Shown: positions 1-8,260, numbered from the stretch's first letter. The stretch is DNA of 18,262 bases from Hormoscilla sp. (GCA_051439505.1 JBFRWI010000066.1:1-18262), one strand, 5' to 3'. Translations and numbers: made by a program. The notes: generated by a model from the letters alone, not told the origin.

Positions 1-338
1 CTTCAAGGGATACAATCTGTCATTGCGAGGGGGGGAGCGATTAACTTATGCAAAGATTGAGTTATCCCCCCCCCCCGGAGGAGTGTCCCGGGGGTGGGGT
101 CTAGGAATGGGTTGGGGTCCCCCCCAAGGCCCCCCGTCGCCTCAGCCCCCCACACCCCCCAGAACTAGGGGGGCCCCCGGAGCCCCCCCTTTCGGGAAGG
201 GGGGGTTTGGGGGGGAACCTTTACATTCACTTTAGACCACCCCCGGGAGTTTGCTTCGGGGGGGGGGGTTAACTCAATCTTTGCATAAGTTAATCGCTCC
301 CCCCCTCGCAATGACAGATTGTATCCCTTGAAGTATTG
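1..338. mobile_element. MITE-like palindromic element, left end just outside the window
   Basis: 1-64 is a perfect inverted repeat of 270-333, including TGTCATTGCGAG/CTCGCAATGACA. The right end reads ...AAGTATTG (331-338), like the element at 2691-2928. The interior has G/C homopolymer hairpins (CCCCCCCTT-TCGGG-AAGGGGGGG). Confidence 0.75.
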
Positions 339-390
339 GGCGGGCATAAAACTGTTAAAATCAAGGCAGTTTAGTAACATCGGTTGCATT

Positions 391-1788
391 ATGCCTTGCA
401 GAATCATAGATGCTCAAGATTTGTTATCTGACCTGATCGAACGCTACTCGCCCCGCGTGGACTATCTGGCTATTCGCCTGGAAGAGTCAGAAGGGACTGA
501 TATCCTGTTGCGAAAAGACAAAATTGATACCCTCAGCGAAGGAATTGCCATTGGCGGACAGGTGCGGGCCTGCTATAAAGGAGGTTGGGGTACGAGCAGC
601 TTTAACCGCCTGGAGGGTTTGGCCGATAGGGTCGGTGAGGCGATCGCTGCTGCCCGTTTGGTAGGGGATGGCGAAACTCTCTTGGCCCCGGTTTACCCGG
701 TACGGGATACCGCGACTTTGCCCCTGACAGGTACGGACCCCCGGGACATTCCCATCGCAGAGAAAAAAGCACTGTGCGATCGCTATGCCGAGATTCTGCG
801 CAGCACGGACCCCCGCATTGCCAGTATAACAGTCCGCTACGGGGACTGCAAGCAACGGATGATACTTGCGACCTCAGAGGGAACTCTGCTAGAACAATCC
901 TGGACGGACATGGAAATGCGGTTTGCGGCTACTGCCCGCAGCGGTGCCACGGTGCAGACAGGGAGGGAAACTACAGGTTCTCGCAGTGCTTACGAAGACT
1001 TGACCCGATTGGATAGTCAAGTCAAATCTGCTGCTCAACGTGCCGTACATGCTTTAGACTTACCCCCAGTCAAAGGCAACAGCTATACTGTGGTAATTGA
1101 CCCCATTCTCAGCGGTTTATTTGTTCACGAAGCCTTCGGTCATCTTTCCGAAGCAGATATGGTCTATGAAAATCCTGACTTGCTGGAAGTGATGACTCTC
1201 GGGCGTCGTTTTGGACCGACTGATTTACAAATATTTGACGGTGCTATCCCTGTGGGACATCGCGGCAGCTATTTATATGATGATGAAGGCACCCCCGCTT
1301 CCACTACTCAGTTAATTAAGGATGGGGTGTTAGTTGGCAGGCTCCATTCTCGCGAAACGGCTGGTAAATTGGGAGAAAATCCTACGGGAAATGCTCGCTG
1401 CTTGAACTATCATTATCCCCCGATCGTGCGGATGACGAATACTTGGATTGCCCGGGGGAAGACTCCTGTAGCTGACTTATTTAATGACATCAAGGAGGGT
1501 GTATATGCCCGTAATTGGTTGGGGGGAATGACCAATGGCGAGATGTTTACCTTTAGTGCCGGAGAAGCTTGGATGATTCGCAATGGTCAAATTGCCGAAC
1601 CCGTGCGGGATGTTACCCTTTCGGGAAATGTGTTTAGCACTTTGGCGGATATAGAAGCGATCGGGGATGATTTTTTCTGGGATGAATCTGGTGGCTGCGG
1701 TAAGGGCGGTCAAGGTGGTTTACCTGTAGGTTGTGGCGGACCTAGTTTGAGAATTAGAAATGTTGTTGTTGGTGGGGAAGCTGTCTGA
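391..1788 (+). CDS. tldD: TldD/PmbA family zinc metalloprotease, TldD type (465 aa)
   Basis: HExxxH motif (HEAFGH), YDDEG, VRMTNT and C-terminal CGKGGQ...GGP. ATG at 391 is preferred because the TTG at 319 lies inside the upstream repeat. Confidence 0.92.
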   Translation: MPCRIIDAQDLLSDLIERYSPRVDYLAIRLEESEGTDILLRKDKIDTLSEGIAIGGQVRACYKGGWGTSSFNRLEGLADRVGEAIAAARLVGDGETLLAPVYPVRDTATLPLTGTDPRDIPIAEKKALCDRYAEILRSTDPRIASITVRYGDCKQRMILATSEGTLLEQSWTDMEMRFAATARSGATVQTGRETTGSRSAYEDLTRLDSQVKSAAQRAVHALDLPPVKGNSYTVVIDPILSGLFVHEAFGHLSEADMVYENPDLLEVMTLGRRFGPTDLQIFDGAIPVGHRGSYLYDDEGTPASTTQLIKDGVLVGRLHSRETAGKLGENPTGNARCLNYHYPPIVRMTNTWIARGKTPVADLFNDIKEGVYARNWLGGMTNGEMFTFSAGEAWMIRNGQIAEPVRDVTLSGNVFSTLADIEAIGDDFFWDESGGCGKGGQGGLPVGCGGPSLRIRNVVVGGEAV

Positions 1789-1875
1789 CTTCGCTGTCAG
1801 CCCGCCGGGGGTTCAAACCCCCGGCGTTACCAGGCGGAGCCAGGTAACGAGGCTTAAGTGGGTTAAAACCCACTA
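1788..1875. repeat. Composite REP-like palindromic repeat arm directly after the tldD stop
   Basis: Three hairpins: CGCCGGGGGTT-CA-AACCCCCGGCG, GTTACCAGGC-GGA-GCCAGGTAAC and AGTGGGTT-AA-AACCCACT. A near-identical copy lies at 5269-5341. Confidence 0.85.
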
Positions 1876-2000
1876 AAAGTCTTGCCGCTGAATGGTGCAA
1901 GATATGAGTTTTGCGAACATTTTCATAGGGAGGGCGATCGCCCTCAGGCCGCCCTGTCATAAGTATATTTGCTTGCCCGATCGCCCTCCGATGGGATAAA

Positions 2001-2162
2001 TTAAGGCAATGGCAGATTAACGATTTGGTCTTGATATTCGTCATCAAAAGAACCCTCAGCAATCAAAATCAACTCTTCAAGATTCTCACCGATAGTTAAA
2101 TCAGAATTTAGAATCAAAATTCCCGGTACATGACGACCACGGGCAATGTGATCTGCTATATA
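2001..2162 (-). pseudogene. 3' half of a DUF5615-type PIN-like toxin gene
   Basis: Manual translation gives IADHIARGRHVPGILILNSDLTIGENLEELILIAEGSFDDEYQDQIVNLPLP*, resembling the C-terminus of cyanobacterial DUF5615 PIN-like proteins (from memory). In-frame TAA at 2163-2165 and no ATG start. Confidence 0.65.
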
Positions 2163-2647
2163 TTAACAATCGCCTGGCGGGCGATCGGCCATTAATTTTA
2201 ATCGGCCATAGTCTGGGTGGGGACTCACTTCTGAGTCTCGCACATCAGATCGATAGAAGGATTCTCTTTTTAGGAGTTATCGATCCAGTAGGACCAGGAG
2301 GGTTGCGAGAACCCATTCAAGAACGGGAAGTTCCCGCCCACGTTGATTACTTCTTTAACCGGTGGCAAAGAAATCGCCCCTTTCCTGTTAATATTGCCGT
2401 GGATGGGAGAATCAAAAGCTGTCGGGCCCGCACTTGCGATCAACAAGAACAGAATCTTGCCAGGAACGCTCATGGATCTCCTCTGACAGTAAACTGTAGT
2501 TATTGGGAAGTTTATTGTCCGGGATATGAACCTGGTAGCTCTAATGGTCGCAAACAACAGCCTCTTTATCATGAAAATATGACCTATGATGCTTACATTC
2601 AGCAGCAAATTATCGATCGAATTCAGGAATTGTTAAGGGATAATTGA
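2159..2647 (+). pseudogene. 5'-truncated alpha/beta-hydrolase (lipase/esterase-like)
   Basis: The frame of ORF 2303..2647 stays open upstream: YINNRLAGDRPLILIGHSLGGDSLLSLAHQIDRRILFLGVIDPVG. It contains the GxSxG nucleophile elbow (GHSLG, 2204-2218). There is no ATG between the upstream TAG (2093-2095) and this motif. Confidence 0.7.
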
Positions 2648-2681
2648 GAATTGAGAATTGAGAATTGATAATTGATAATTG
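2642..2681. repeat. Heptamer short tandem repeat (STRR-type)
   Basis: (AATTGAG)x3 (AATTGAT)x2 AATTG. Confidence 0.9.
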
Positions 2682-2690
2682 GGTGCATCT

Positions 2691-2928
2691 CAATACCTAT
2701 CGGTTAAGGATATAGATTGTCATTGCGAGGGGGGGGGGACAACCGCGATCAACTTATGAGAAATTGAGTTAACCCCCCCGAAGCAATCTCCCCGACGACG
2801 CATGAGATTGCTAGCCCTCCTGCGTCGGGCCGCTGCGCTAACGGGGGGATCTTGCGCGGGGTTCCGAACGATGTCGGATGGTGCGCCCCCCTCGCAATGA
2901 CAAATAAGATGTTAACCGAGAAGTATTG
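2691..2928. mobile_element. 238-bp MITE with 17-bp terminal inverted repeats and a 10-bp target-site duplication
   Basis: TIRs CAATACCTATCGGTTAA / TTAACCGAGAAGTATTG match at 15/17. Direct repeat GGGTGCATCT at 2681-2690 and 2929-2938. Internal IR TGTCATTGCGAG (2718-2729) / CTCGCAATGACA (2891-2902). No transposase ORF. Confidence 0.85.
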
Positions 2929-2952
2929 GGGTGCATCTCCCTTTTGTGATCT

Positions 2953-3003
2953 AGCCCGCGCAGGCGGGCTTTGTTCGGTGTAGCCGGACCCTTTAGGGTT
3001 CGG
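2953..3003 (+). repeat. Double-hairpin GTAG-tagged REP-like repeat overlapping the nuclease gene stop
   Basis: AGCCCGC-GCAG-GCGGGCT (2953-2970), then GTAG plus CCGGACCCT-TT-AGGGTTCGG (2980-3003). Confidence 0.7.
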
Positions 3004-3649
3004 GCGGCGAAGCTGATTTACAAATAGCTTTCATGACTTGCAACAACTGGATTGACTGTTCGGGGTACATCAAGCTCAATTTGGGAAATAGTTGATAACT
3101 TGGCGGGTTTCCTTGTTGGATGTAGACAAATTGATAATCCATACCATTAGTTGTCAATCCCCAAACTGACTCTTGCTGGTTTAGTCCCGTGTAAGCATAG
3201 CTAATTAACTGGGGTAAACCCTCTGAAGCATCCACGGTGCTATTTTTAGATTCGATCAATAGCACCCATAAAAAAGAGTTATTTTTCTCCTCGGCAACCC
3301 TCGTCGCAGCTAAGATATCCATCCGTCCTTTGATTTCAGTATCTGCATCTTTTACCTCAATCTTCACAATTTCAACTTCCAGGGATATTTTAATGCTAGG
3401 ATTGTAGTATCCCGACAGCCACATTAAGGGGGACAGGAACAAAAATTGTATTTGTCCTTCTATGATTTTCCCTGCTTCATAGTAACTGTCAAAGTTAATG
3501 CGGATTTCTTCTAAATCTTTCTGTTCTAACTCTGTCACAGGTTCAAGAGATAGCAGGGAAGTAAATGAGCTATTGAGTGTCTTATTTATTTTGAACAGCC
3601 GATGAACGTCTTTTAAGACTAAACTGCTTGCATCTACGGTTTTCGTCAT
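2993..3649 (-). CDS. PD-(D/E)xK nuclease, type I restriction enzyme R-subunit N-terminal-like standalone protein
   Basis: GRMDIL...LIESKN...QLISY...WGLTTNG motif series (D, ExK, QxxxY, TNG). GGAGG Shine-Dalgarno upstream. Confidence 0.8.
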   Translation of the reverse strand: MTKTVDASSLVLKDVHRLFKINKTLNSSFTSLLSLEPVTELEQKDLEEIRINFDSYYEAGKIIEGQIQFLFLSPLMWLSGYYNPSIKISLEVEIVKIEVKDADTEIKGRMDILAATRVAEEKNNSFLWVLLIESKNSTVDASEGLPQLISYAYTGLNQQESVWGLTTNGMDYQFVYIQQGNPPSYQLFPKLSLMYPEQSIQLLQVMKAICKSASPPEP

Positions 3650-3723
3650 TTATTTTGACCTCCTCCCTTGACAATAATTAGATCATTGTGTCATACTAGA
3701 TTCATAAACTCCCGAGGTCAAGC

Positions 3724-5235
3724 ATGTCAGAATCATCAGCAGAAAAGCAGATCGTCGTTGTTGGTGCCGGTTGGGCCGGGTTGGGCGCAACCTACCACTT
3801 GGCTAAACAAGGCTACCATGTTACTCTCCTAGAAGCGGCTCCCTATCCTGGCGGTTTGACCGCTGGTTGGAAAACTCCCGGCGGGCGATCGGTCGAAGGC
3901 GGTATTCATGGCTTCTGGTATCCTTATAATAATATCTTTAGCCTGGTCAAGGAATTGGGACTCGATCCTTTTACTCCTTTTACCCGATCGTCTCAATATT
4001 CGCCAGCGGGGTTAGAAGTAGAATCTCCGATCTTTCAAGATGAACCCCGACTCCCGACTCCTCTGGGAACTTTTATCTATACTCAATTCCAACGTTTACC
4101 CTTGATCGATCGACTTTCCGCCCTCCCCCTCCTCTATGCTGTCCTCGACTTTGATAATTCCGATGATGCATGGCAAAGGTACGATCGGGTAACGGCCCGG
4201 GAACTATTCAAGCAGTTTGGGGTTTCCGCCCGACTCTATCAAGATGCCTTTGAACCCATGCTGTTAGTAGGATTATTTGCCCCGGGAGAACAATGTTCCG
4301 CTGCTGCTGCTTTGGGGATGCTTTATTACTTCATTTTAGCCCATCAACCGGATTTTGATGTGGTCTGGTGCCGAGGAACTGTGGCCGAAAAAATATTTGA
4401 GCCCTGGGTGCAGCGCATTCAGGCCGCTGGAGGCAATGTCTTGACGAATAAACGTGTCAATGATATTATTTTGGATGATGATGGCATGGTAAAAGGGGTT
4501 GCTTGCGGTGATGAAGTATTTGCAGCAGATGCGGTAATCTTTGCTGTTAGCGTCACTGGCATGAAAAAAATTGTCTCTGGTAGCCCCACTCTCCAAGCTT
4601 ACCCCGAATTCCAAAATTTGATGAACCTCGGGGCTATAGATGTTCTCGCTACGAGACTGTGGTTCGATCGCAAGGTTGATGTTCCCCTACCCTCTAACGC
4701 TTGCTTCGGGTTCGATCGCACGACGGGATGGACCTTTTTCGACCTCAACGCCTTGCAAGACGAATATCAGCAGGAACCCGGTACAGTAATTGAAGCGGAC
4801 TTTTACCATGCTAACCAACTGCTAGCCCTGAGTGACGAGCAAATTATTAATAAAGTCCAGGGGGACTTAGCCACCTGCGTACCCGGGTTTACCCATGCTA
4901 AGGTAATTGACAGCAGCGTCCTGCGGGTGCCACAAGGAGTGACACACTTTGCCCCCGGTAGCTACCAGTATTTATTGCCAGGGCGGACCAGTATCGAAAA
5001 CCTGTTTATGAGTGGAGATTGGATAGTTACTCGCCACGGTTCTTGGTCCCAGGAAAAGGCTTATGTTACGGGCCTGGAAGCTGCTAATTTGGCGATCGAT
5101 CGCTTGGGGATGGGGAGTAAAGCTGATATAATACCCGTAGAACCAGATGAACCTCATATCCAGGTTGCCCGGAGTGTTAATCAGATGGTACGGGATGTGG
5201 GCAAAGGTTTGTTGCCCAATTTTTGGCTACCTTAG
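3724..5235 (+). CDS. FAD-dependent oxidoreductase, amine oxidase/carotenoid desaturase-like family
   Basis: N-terminal VVVGAGWAGL Rossmann motif, LLEA...GG, GGIHGFW and C-terminal LFMSGDW...SQEKAYVTGLEAA. Substrate unknown. Confidence 0.88.
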   Translation: MSESSAEKQIVVVGAGWAGLGATYHLAKQGYHVTLLEAAPYPGGLTAGWKTPGGRSVEGGIHGFWYPYNNIFSLVKELGLDPFTPFTRSSQYSPAGLEVESPIFQDEPRLPTPLGTFIYTQFQRLPLIDRLSALPLLYAVLDFDNSDDAWQRYDRVTARELFKQFGVSARLYQDAFEPMLLVGLFAPGEQCSAAAALGMLYYFILAHQPDFDVVWCRGTVAEKIFEPWVQRIQAAGGNVLTNKRVNDIILDDDGMVKGVACGDEVFAADAVIFAVSVTGMKKIVSGSPTLQAYPEFQNLMNLGAIDVLATRLWFDRKVDVPLPSNACFGFDRTTGWTFFDLNALQDEYQQEPGTVIEADFYHANQLLALSDEQIINKVQGDLATCVPGFTHAKVIDSSVLRVPQGVTHFAPGSYQYLLPGRTSIENLFMSGDWIVTRHGSWSQEKAYVTGLEAANLAIDRLGMGSKADIIPVEPDEPHIQVARSVNQMVRDVGKGLLPNFWLP

Positions 5236-5268
5236 AATAGGTATAGCGAATGTCAAAAAGCCCGCTAC

Positions 5269-5530
5269 CCCGCCAGGGGTTAAAACCCCTGGCGTTACCA
5301 GGCGGAGCCAGGTAAATAGCTTAAGTGGGTTAAAACCCACTGTATGCCTTGTCTAGATAAAGATTTCTCCTCCTCGTTAAAACGAGGTCGCCTGTAGGAA
5401 CGAGAGGAACGAGGGAAAAAACACTTTGCAACAGTCGGTTTTCAACCGACTTTAGCTATTAGCCGTGGGTTTGAACCCTCGCGATGTCGTGGGTAGTGCG
5501 ATTAGCGCTCCCACGACATCGCGAAGGCGG
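5269..5530. repeat. REP-doublet (BIME/REPIN-like) structure with inverted arms and nested hairpins
   Basis: Left arm 5269-5342 (hairpin...AATAGCTTAAGT-hairpin-ACTG) and inverted right arm 5432-5530 (CAGT-hairpin-ACTTTAGCTATTAGCC...GGCGG). A 15-bp perfect stem lies at 5479-5493/5510-5524. Confidence 0.8.
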
Positions 5531-5578
5531 GCCAGGAAACATCTTGATTAATTGACAATGGTGGAAGATCTGAGCATC

Positions 5579-5608
5579 TTTGAACCCCCGGCGGGCTGAC
5601 AGCGAAGT
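5579..5608 (-). repeat. 30-bp exact inverted copy of 1788-1817
   Basis: TTTGAACCCCCGGCGGGCTGACAGCGAAGT is the reverse complement of ACTTCGCTGTCAGCCCGCCGGGGGTTCAAA. Confidence 0.9.
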
Positions 5609-5651
5609 GAGAGAAATTTCGCGGAATAAGTGTAGCAACATTTTTTGACAA

Positions 5652-6041
5652 ATGGTATTAGACATCAAAGATAAAGCCGGCAAGGCCAAAAGGGCCAAGG
5701 AATATCTTGAGCGAGTATTAAATCAGCTACTAACTGATTATCAGACAACTTCATCAGAAAGACAGCAGCTAGCAGTATGGGAAGAGACTCAAGAGTTTAC
5801 CATCTTAGGTGGGATCGAAATGTTTGCGACTGATATTCGAGGATATGCTTTTCAAGCTATTGCAGACGATCGCTTAGAAGAAAAGATTGTCGATAGTTTA
5901 CATCAATTAAACATGTTTGACATCCCGGATTTTGCAGATTGGTATTTTTCGATTGAATTGCATTATCCACAGATAAAACGCTATGTAGATAAATTGAACT
6001 ATCTCCGTTTATTGGTAATAGAATATATCAAAAATTATTGA
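5652..6041 (+). CDS. Hypothetical protein (129 aa, probably helical)
   Basis: ATG-initiated ORF with natural protein composition filling the gap between the repeats and the next gene. No motif recognised. Confidence 0.7.
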   Translation: MVLDIKDKAGKAKRAKEYLERVLNQLLTDYQTTSSERQQLAVWEETQEFTILGGIEMFATDIRGYAFQAIADDRLEEKIVDSLHQLNMFDIPDFADWYFSIELHYPQIKRYVDKLNYLRLLVIEYIKNY

Positions 6042-6153
6042 GTTTGAATGGCGATCGCGATTTGGATAAAGCCAAAAAGGATTGGTGCGATCGCATGCGC
6101 AGAATTACGACTTAGACAAGACAAGGTATAATCAACAAGGGAGGAAGAAAACA

Positions 6154-6528
6154 ATGATTTTGAACATAGTAGGCGACAAATTGCAGATCGAGTGGGAATG
6201 GTACGAGCAATTATGGGGAGCAAACCTGGAGAAAATCTGGAAAATTCCCCTCAGTCATATCCAAGGAGTGACTACAGAGGAACCAGCCAGCAGTTGGACT
6301 GAAATCCGCGCTCCCGGAACTTTCTTTCCCGGTATAATCAAGGCGGGAACATATTACAGTAATCGCGGGAAGGAGTTCTGGTACGTGACGAACGATCGGG
6401 ATTACTTGGTATTATCACTTCAGGAGGAGTCTTTCCAGAAAATTATCCTGACTCTGGAACAAAATGAAGATTGGCGATCGCGCCTCGCGTCAACTCTATC
6501 TGAACTGAACAGTGCTAATGAGGATTAA
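6154..6528 (+). CDS. Conserved hypothetical protein (124 aa, beta-rich, possibly PH-like fold)
   Basis: GGAGG at 6140-6144 precedes ATG 6154. Contains the IPLSHI...IRAPGTFFPGIIKAGTYY...FWYV motif seen in small bacterial hypothetical proteins. Confidence 0.78.
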   Translation: MILNIVGDKLQIEWEWYEQLWGANLEKIWKIPLSHIQGVTTEEPASSWTEIRAPGTFFPGIIKAGTYYSNRGKEFWYVTNDRDYLVLSLQEESFQKIILTLEQNEDWRSRLASTLSELNSANED

Positions 6529-6534
6529 GGGTCT

Positions 6535-6717
6535 ATGAAAAAAGTTGAACTTGCCCAAAGGACAGAAGTATCTATGCCAGAAAATCTTGATAGGGAGACA
6601 ATCAGTCTCAGCACTAACCCTGAGTTTTTAGCCATTTTAGCAGAATCAAGGGCAAGTTTGAAAGCAGAAGGAGGAATTCCCCTAGCAGAAGTAAAGCGGC
6701 GCTTAGGTCTGGCTTAA
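6535..6717 (+). CDS. Short antitoxin-like protein, probably internally deleted (Phd/YefM-associated type)
   Basis: C-terminal DRETISLSTNPEFLAILAESR...GGIPLAEVKRRLG is typical of type II antitoxin tails. Only 60 aa, with no toxin gene downstream. Confidence 0.5.
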   Translation: MKKVELAQRTEVSMPENLDRETISLSTNPEFLAILAESRASLKAEGGIPLAEVKRRLGLA

Positions 6718-6721
6718 ATAA

Positions 6722-6785
6722 GGTGCGATCGCGCCTTGTGACGCACCAAAGTGCTTACCCGTTCGTAGTAAGCACTTTAGTGCTT
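6722..6785. repeat. Hairpin cluster/GTAG-type REP between convergent genes, possible bidirectional terminator
   Basis: GGTGCG/CGCACC stem (6722-6747), 11-bp IR AAAGTGCTTAC (6748-6758)/GTAAGCACTTT (6768-6778), and GTAG-TAAGCAC-TTTA-GTGCTT. Confidence 0.6.
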
Positions 6786-6793
6786 GCCTTTGT

Positions 6794-8260
6794 CTAATGA
6801 GCACCAGAGTTATGGTTTGACTGTAGCTGGTTAATAATCGGATTTCCCAGGACAATAATCAGGGCCGAAAGAGCAACGATCGGGACAACGGGGAGAAAAT
6901 CAAAAGTCAAGCTTGGGGGAATCAGACCCAATTCAAAGCCCAGCAGAACCAATTCTCCGGCTACAATAGATATAATACAACTCAGGGGGTGAATGTTTTT
7001 GCCATATAAGGCCGCAATTATCGTTGGGAAGAGTACCGACAATCCCGTAAATGCTTGGGTGGCCAAGCCCAAGATTGAAGCTGGCGGTTTGTAGGCGAGT
7101 ATCAAACCAACGATCGCTACTAAAACAATCAGCACTCTGCCCACAAGGGTTTGCTCTTTGAGAGAAGCATTTTTCCGGAAGTACGTGATGTAAATATCCC
7201 GCGTCAGCATCGAACCGATCGCCAATAGCTGGGAATCCATTGTTGACATAAATGCTGCCAAGGCCCCCACCATCACAAAAGAACTCAGCCATATGGGAGC
7301 ATATTGTTCCAGCATCATGGGCAAAATTCGATCGGCCTCTTTTCCCACCAGATCGGGAAACCCAATATGCCCCCACGTCCCAATCATCACGGGGCAAATA
7401 AATAAGATTGTTGTGACAATTGGATATAAAACAGTAGAAACTTTCAGGGAATTGGCATTTTTAGCTGCATAAAACCGCATTAACATTTGCGGTAACATCG
7501 GCAGGGCCAAATTCCAGAGAATCAGATAGCTAAACAACTTTTTCGGCGTGAAAAAATTATTGACTCCCTGTCGAGAGAAAAGTTCTGGAGAAATCTCGTA
7601 GACATTGCTGTTAGCTGTAGCAAAACCTCCAAGGCCATGGCCGATCGCGCCGAAGGCAGCAAGCATGAGTACAAACATTAACACTCCTTGCAAAACATCC
7701 GTTAAAGCGACGCTTTTCATCCCGCCCACCCAGACATATAAAACAATAATCAATGTCAAAAGCGTCGCCCCCACAAAGTAGGGAATTTGTCCGTTAGTCA
7801 AGCTTGATAGCAGATAGCCTGCCCCGATCGGCTGTAAAGTTAAATAAGGCATGGTGAAAATTACCATCACCGCCATCACTAGCAATTTCAGGGCTTTGCT
7901 ATGGAAGCAAACATCAATCAATTCTGGAGGAGTAATTAATCCTTTTTTCTTGCCCAGTTGCCAGACTTTGTAGCCGATATAATAGAAACTCAGTCCTGCT
8001 AAACCCGTGTCAAAGGCCATCATCGGGTAATAACTCAGGCCGATGCGATAGCCAGAACCGGCAAATCCCAGAAAAAAGAAGGCGCTAAAATTGGTGGCAC
8101 TCAGGGTGAAAAAAAGCACGATCTGGTTTATTTTGCGCTCGGCGAGGAAATAGCCTTCCACCGTATTCTGTTCCTTTTGATAACCCGCTATTCCTACCCA
8201 CAGCGTCCCCAACAAATAAAGGGCGATCGCCAGATAGGGCATGAGGTCTGCTATTGACAT
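6794..8260 (-). CDS. Sodium:solute symporter family protein (PutP/PanF-like)
   Basis: Many TM segments with YFLAER, SATNFSAFFFLG, GGMKSVALTD and LAAFMSTMDSQLL SSS motifs. ATG at 8260 overlaps the upstream stop (TAATG). Confidence 0.92.
   Translation of the reverse strand: MSIADLMPYLAIALYLLGTLWVGIAGYQKEQNTVEGYFLAERKINQIVLFFTLSATNFSAFFFLGFAGSGYRIGLSYYPMMAFDTGLAGLSFYYIGYKVWQLGKKKGLITPPELIDVCFHSKALKLLVMAVMVIFTMPYLTLQPIGAGYLLSSLTNGQIPYFVGATLLTLIIVLYVWVGGMKSVALTDVLQGVLMFVLMLAAFGAIGHGLGGFATANSNVYEISPELFSRQGVNNFFTPKKLFSYLILWNLALPMLPQMLMRFYAAKNANSLKVSTVLYPIVTTILFICPVMIGTWGHIGFPDLVGKEADRILPMMLEQYAPIWLSSFVMVGALAAFMSTMDSQLLAIGSMLTRDIYITYFRKNASLKEQTLVGRVLIVLVAIVGLILAYKPPASILGLATQAFTGLSVLFPTIIAALYGKNIHPLSCIISIVAGELVLLGFELGLIPPSLTFDFLPVVPIVALSALIIVLGNPIINQLQSNHNSGAH

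Noticed and set aside
23..407. ORFs 23..235 (+) and 165..407 (-), and the tldD extension to 319
   Set aside because: These are translations of the palindromic element. Both ORFs share RGGERLTYAKIEL because of the inverted repeat.
391..1788. RiPP/microcin cluster around tldD
   Set aside because: No precursor peptide, YcaO, pmbA partner or exporter is in the window. A housekeeping TldD is sufficient.
2993..3649. Complete restriction-modification or defence system
   Set aside because: No hsdM/hsdS or helicase domain. Standalone members of this family are common in cyanobacteria.
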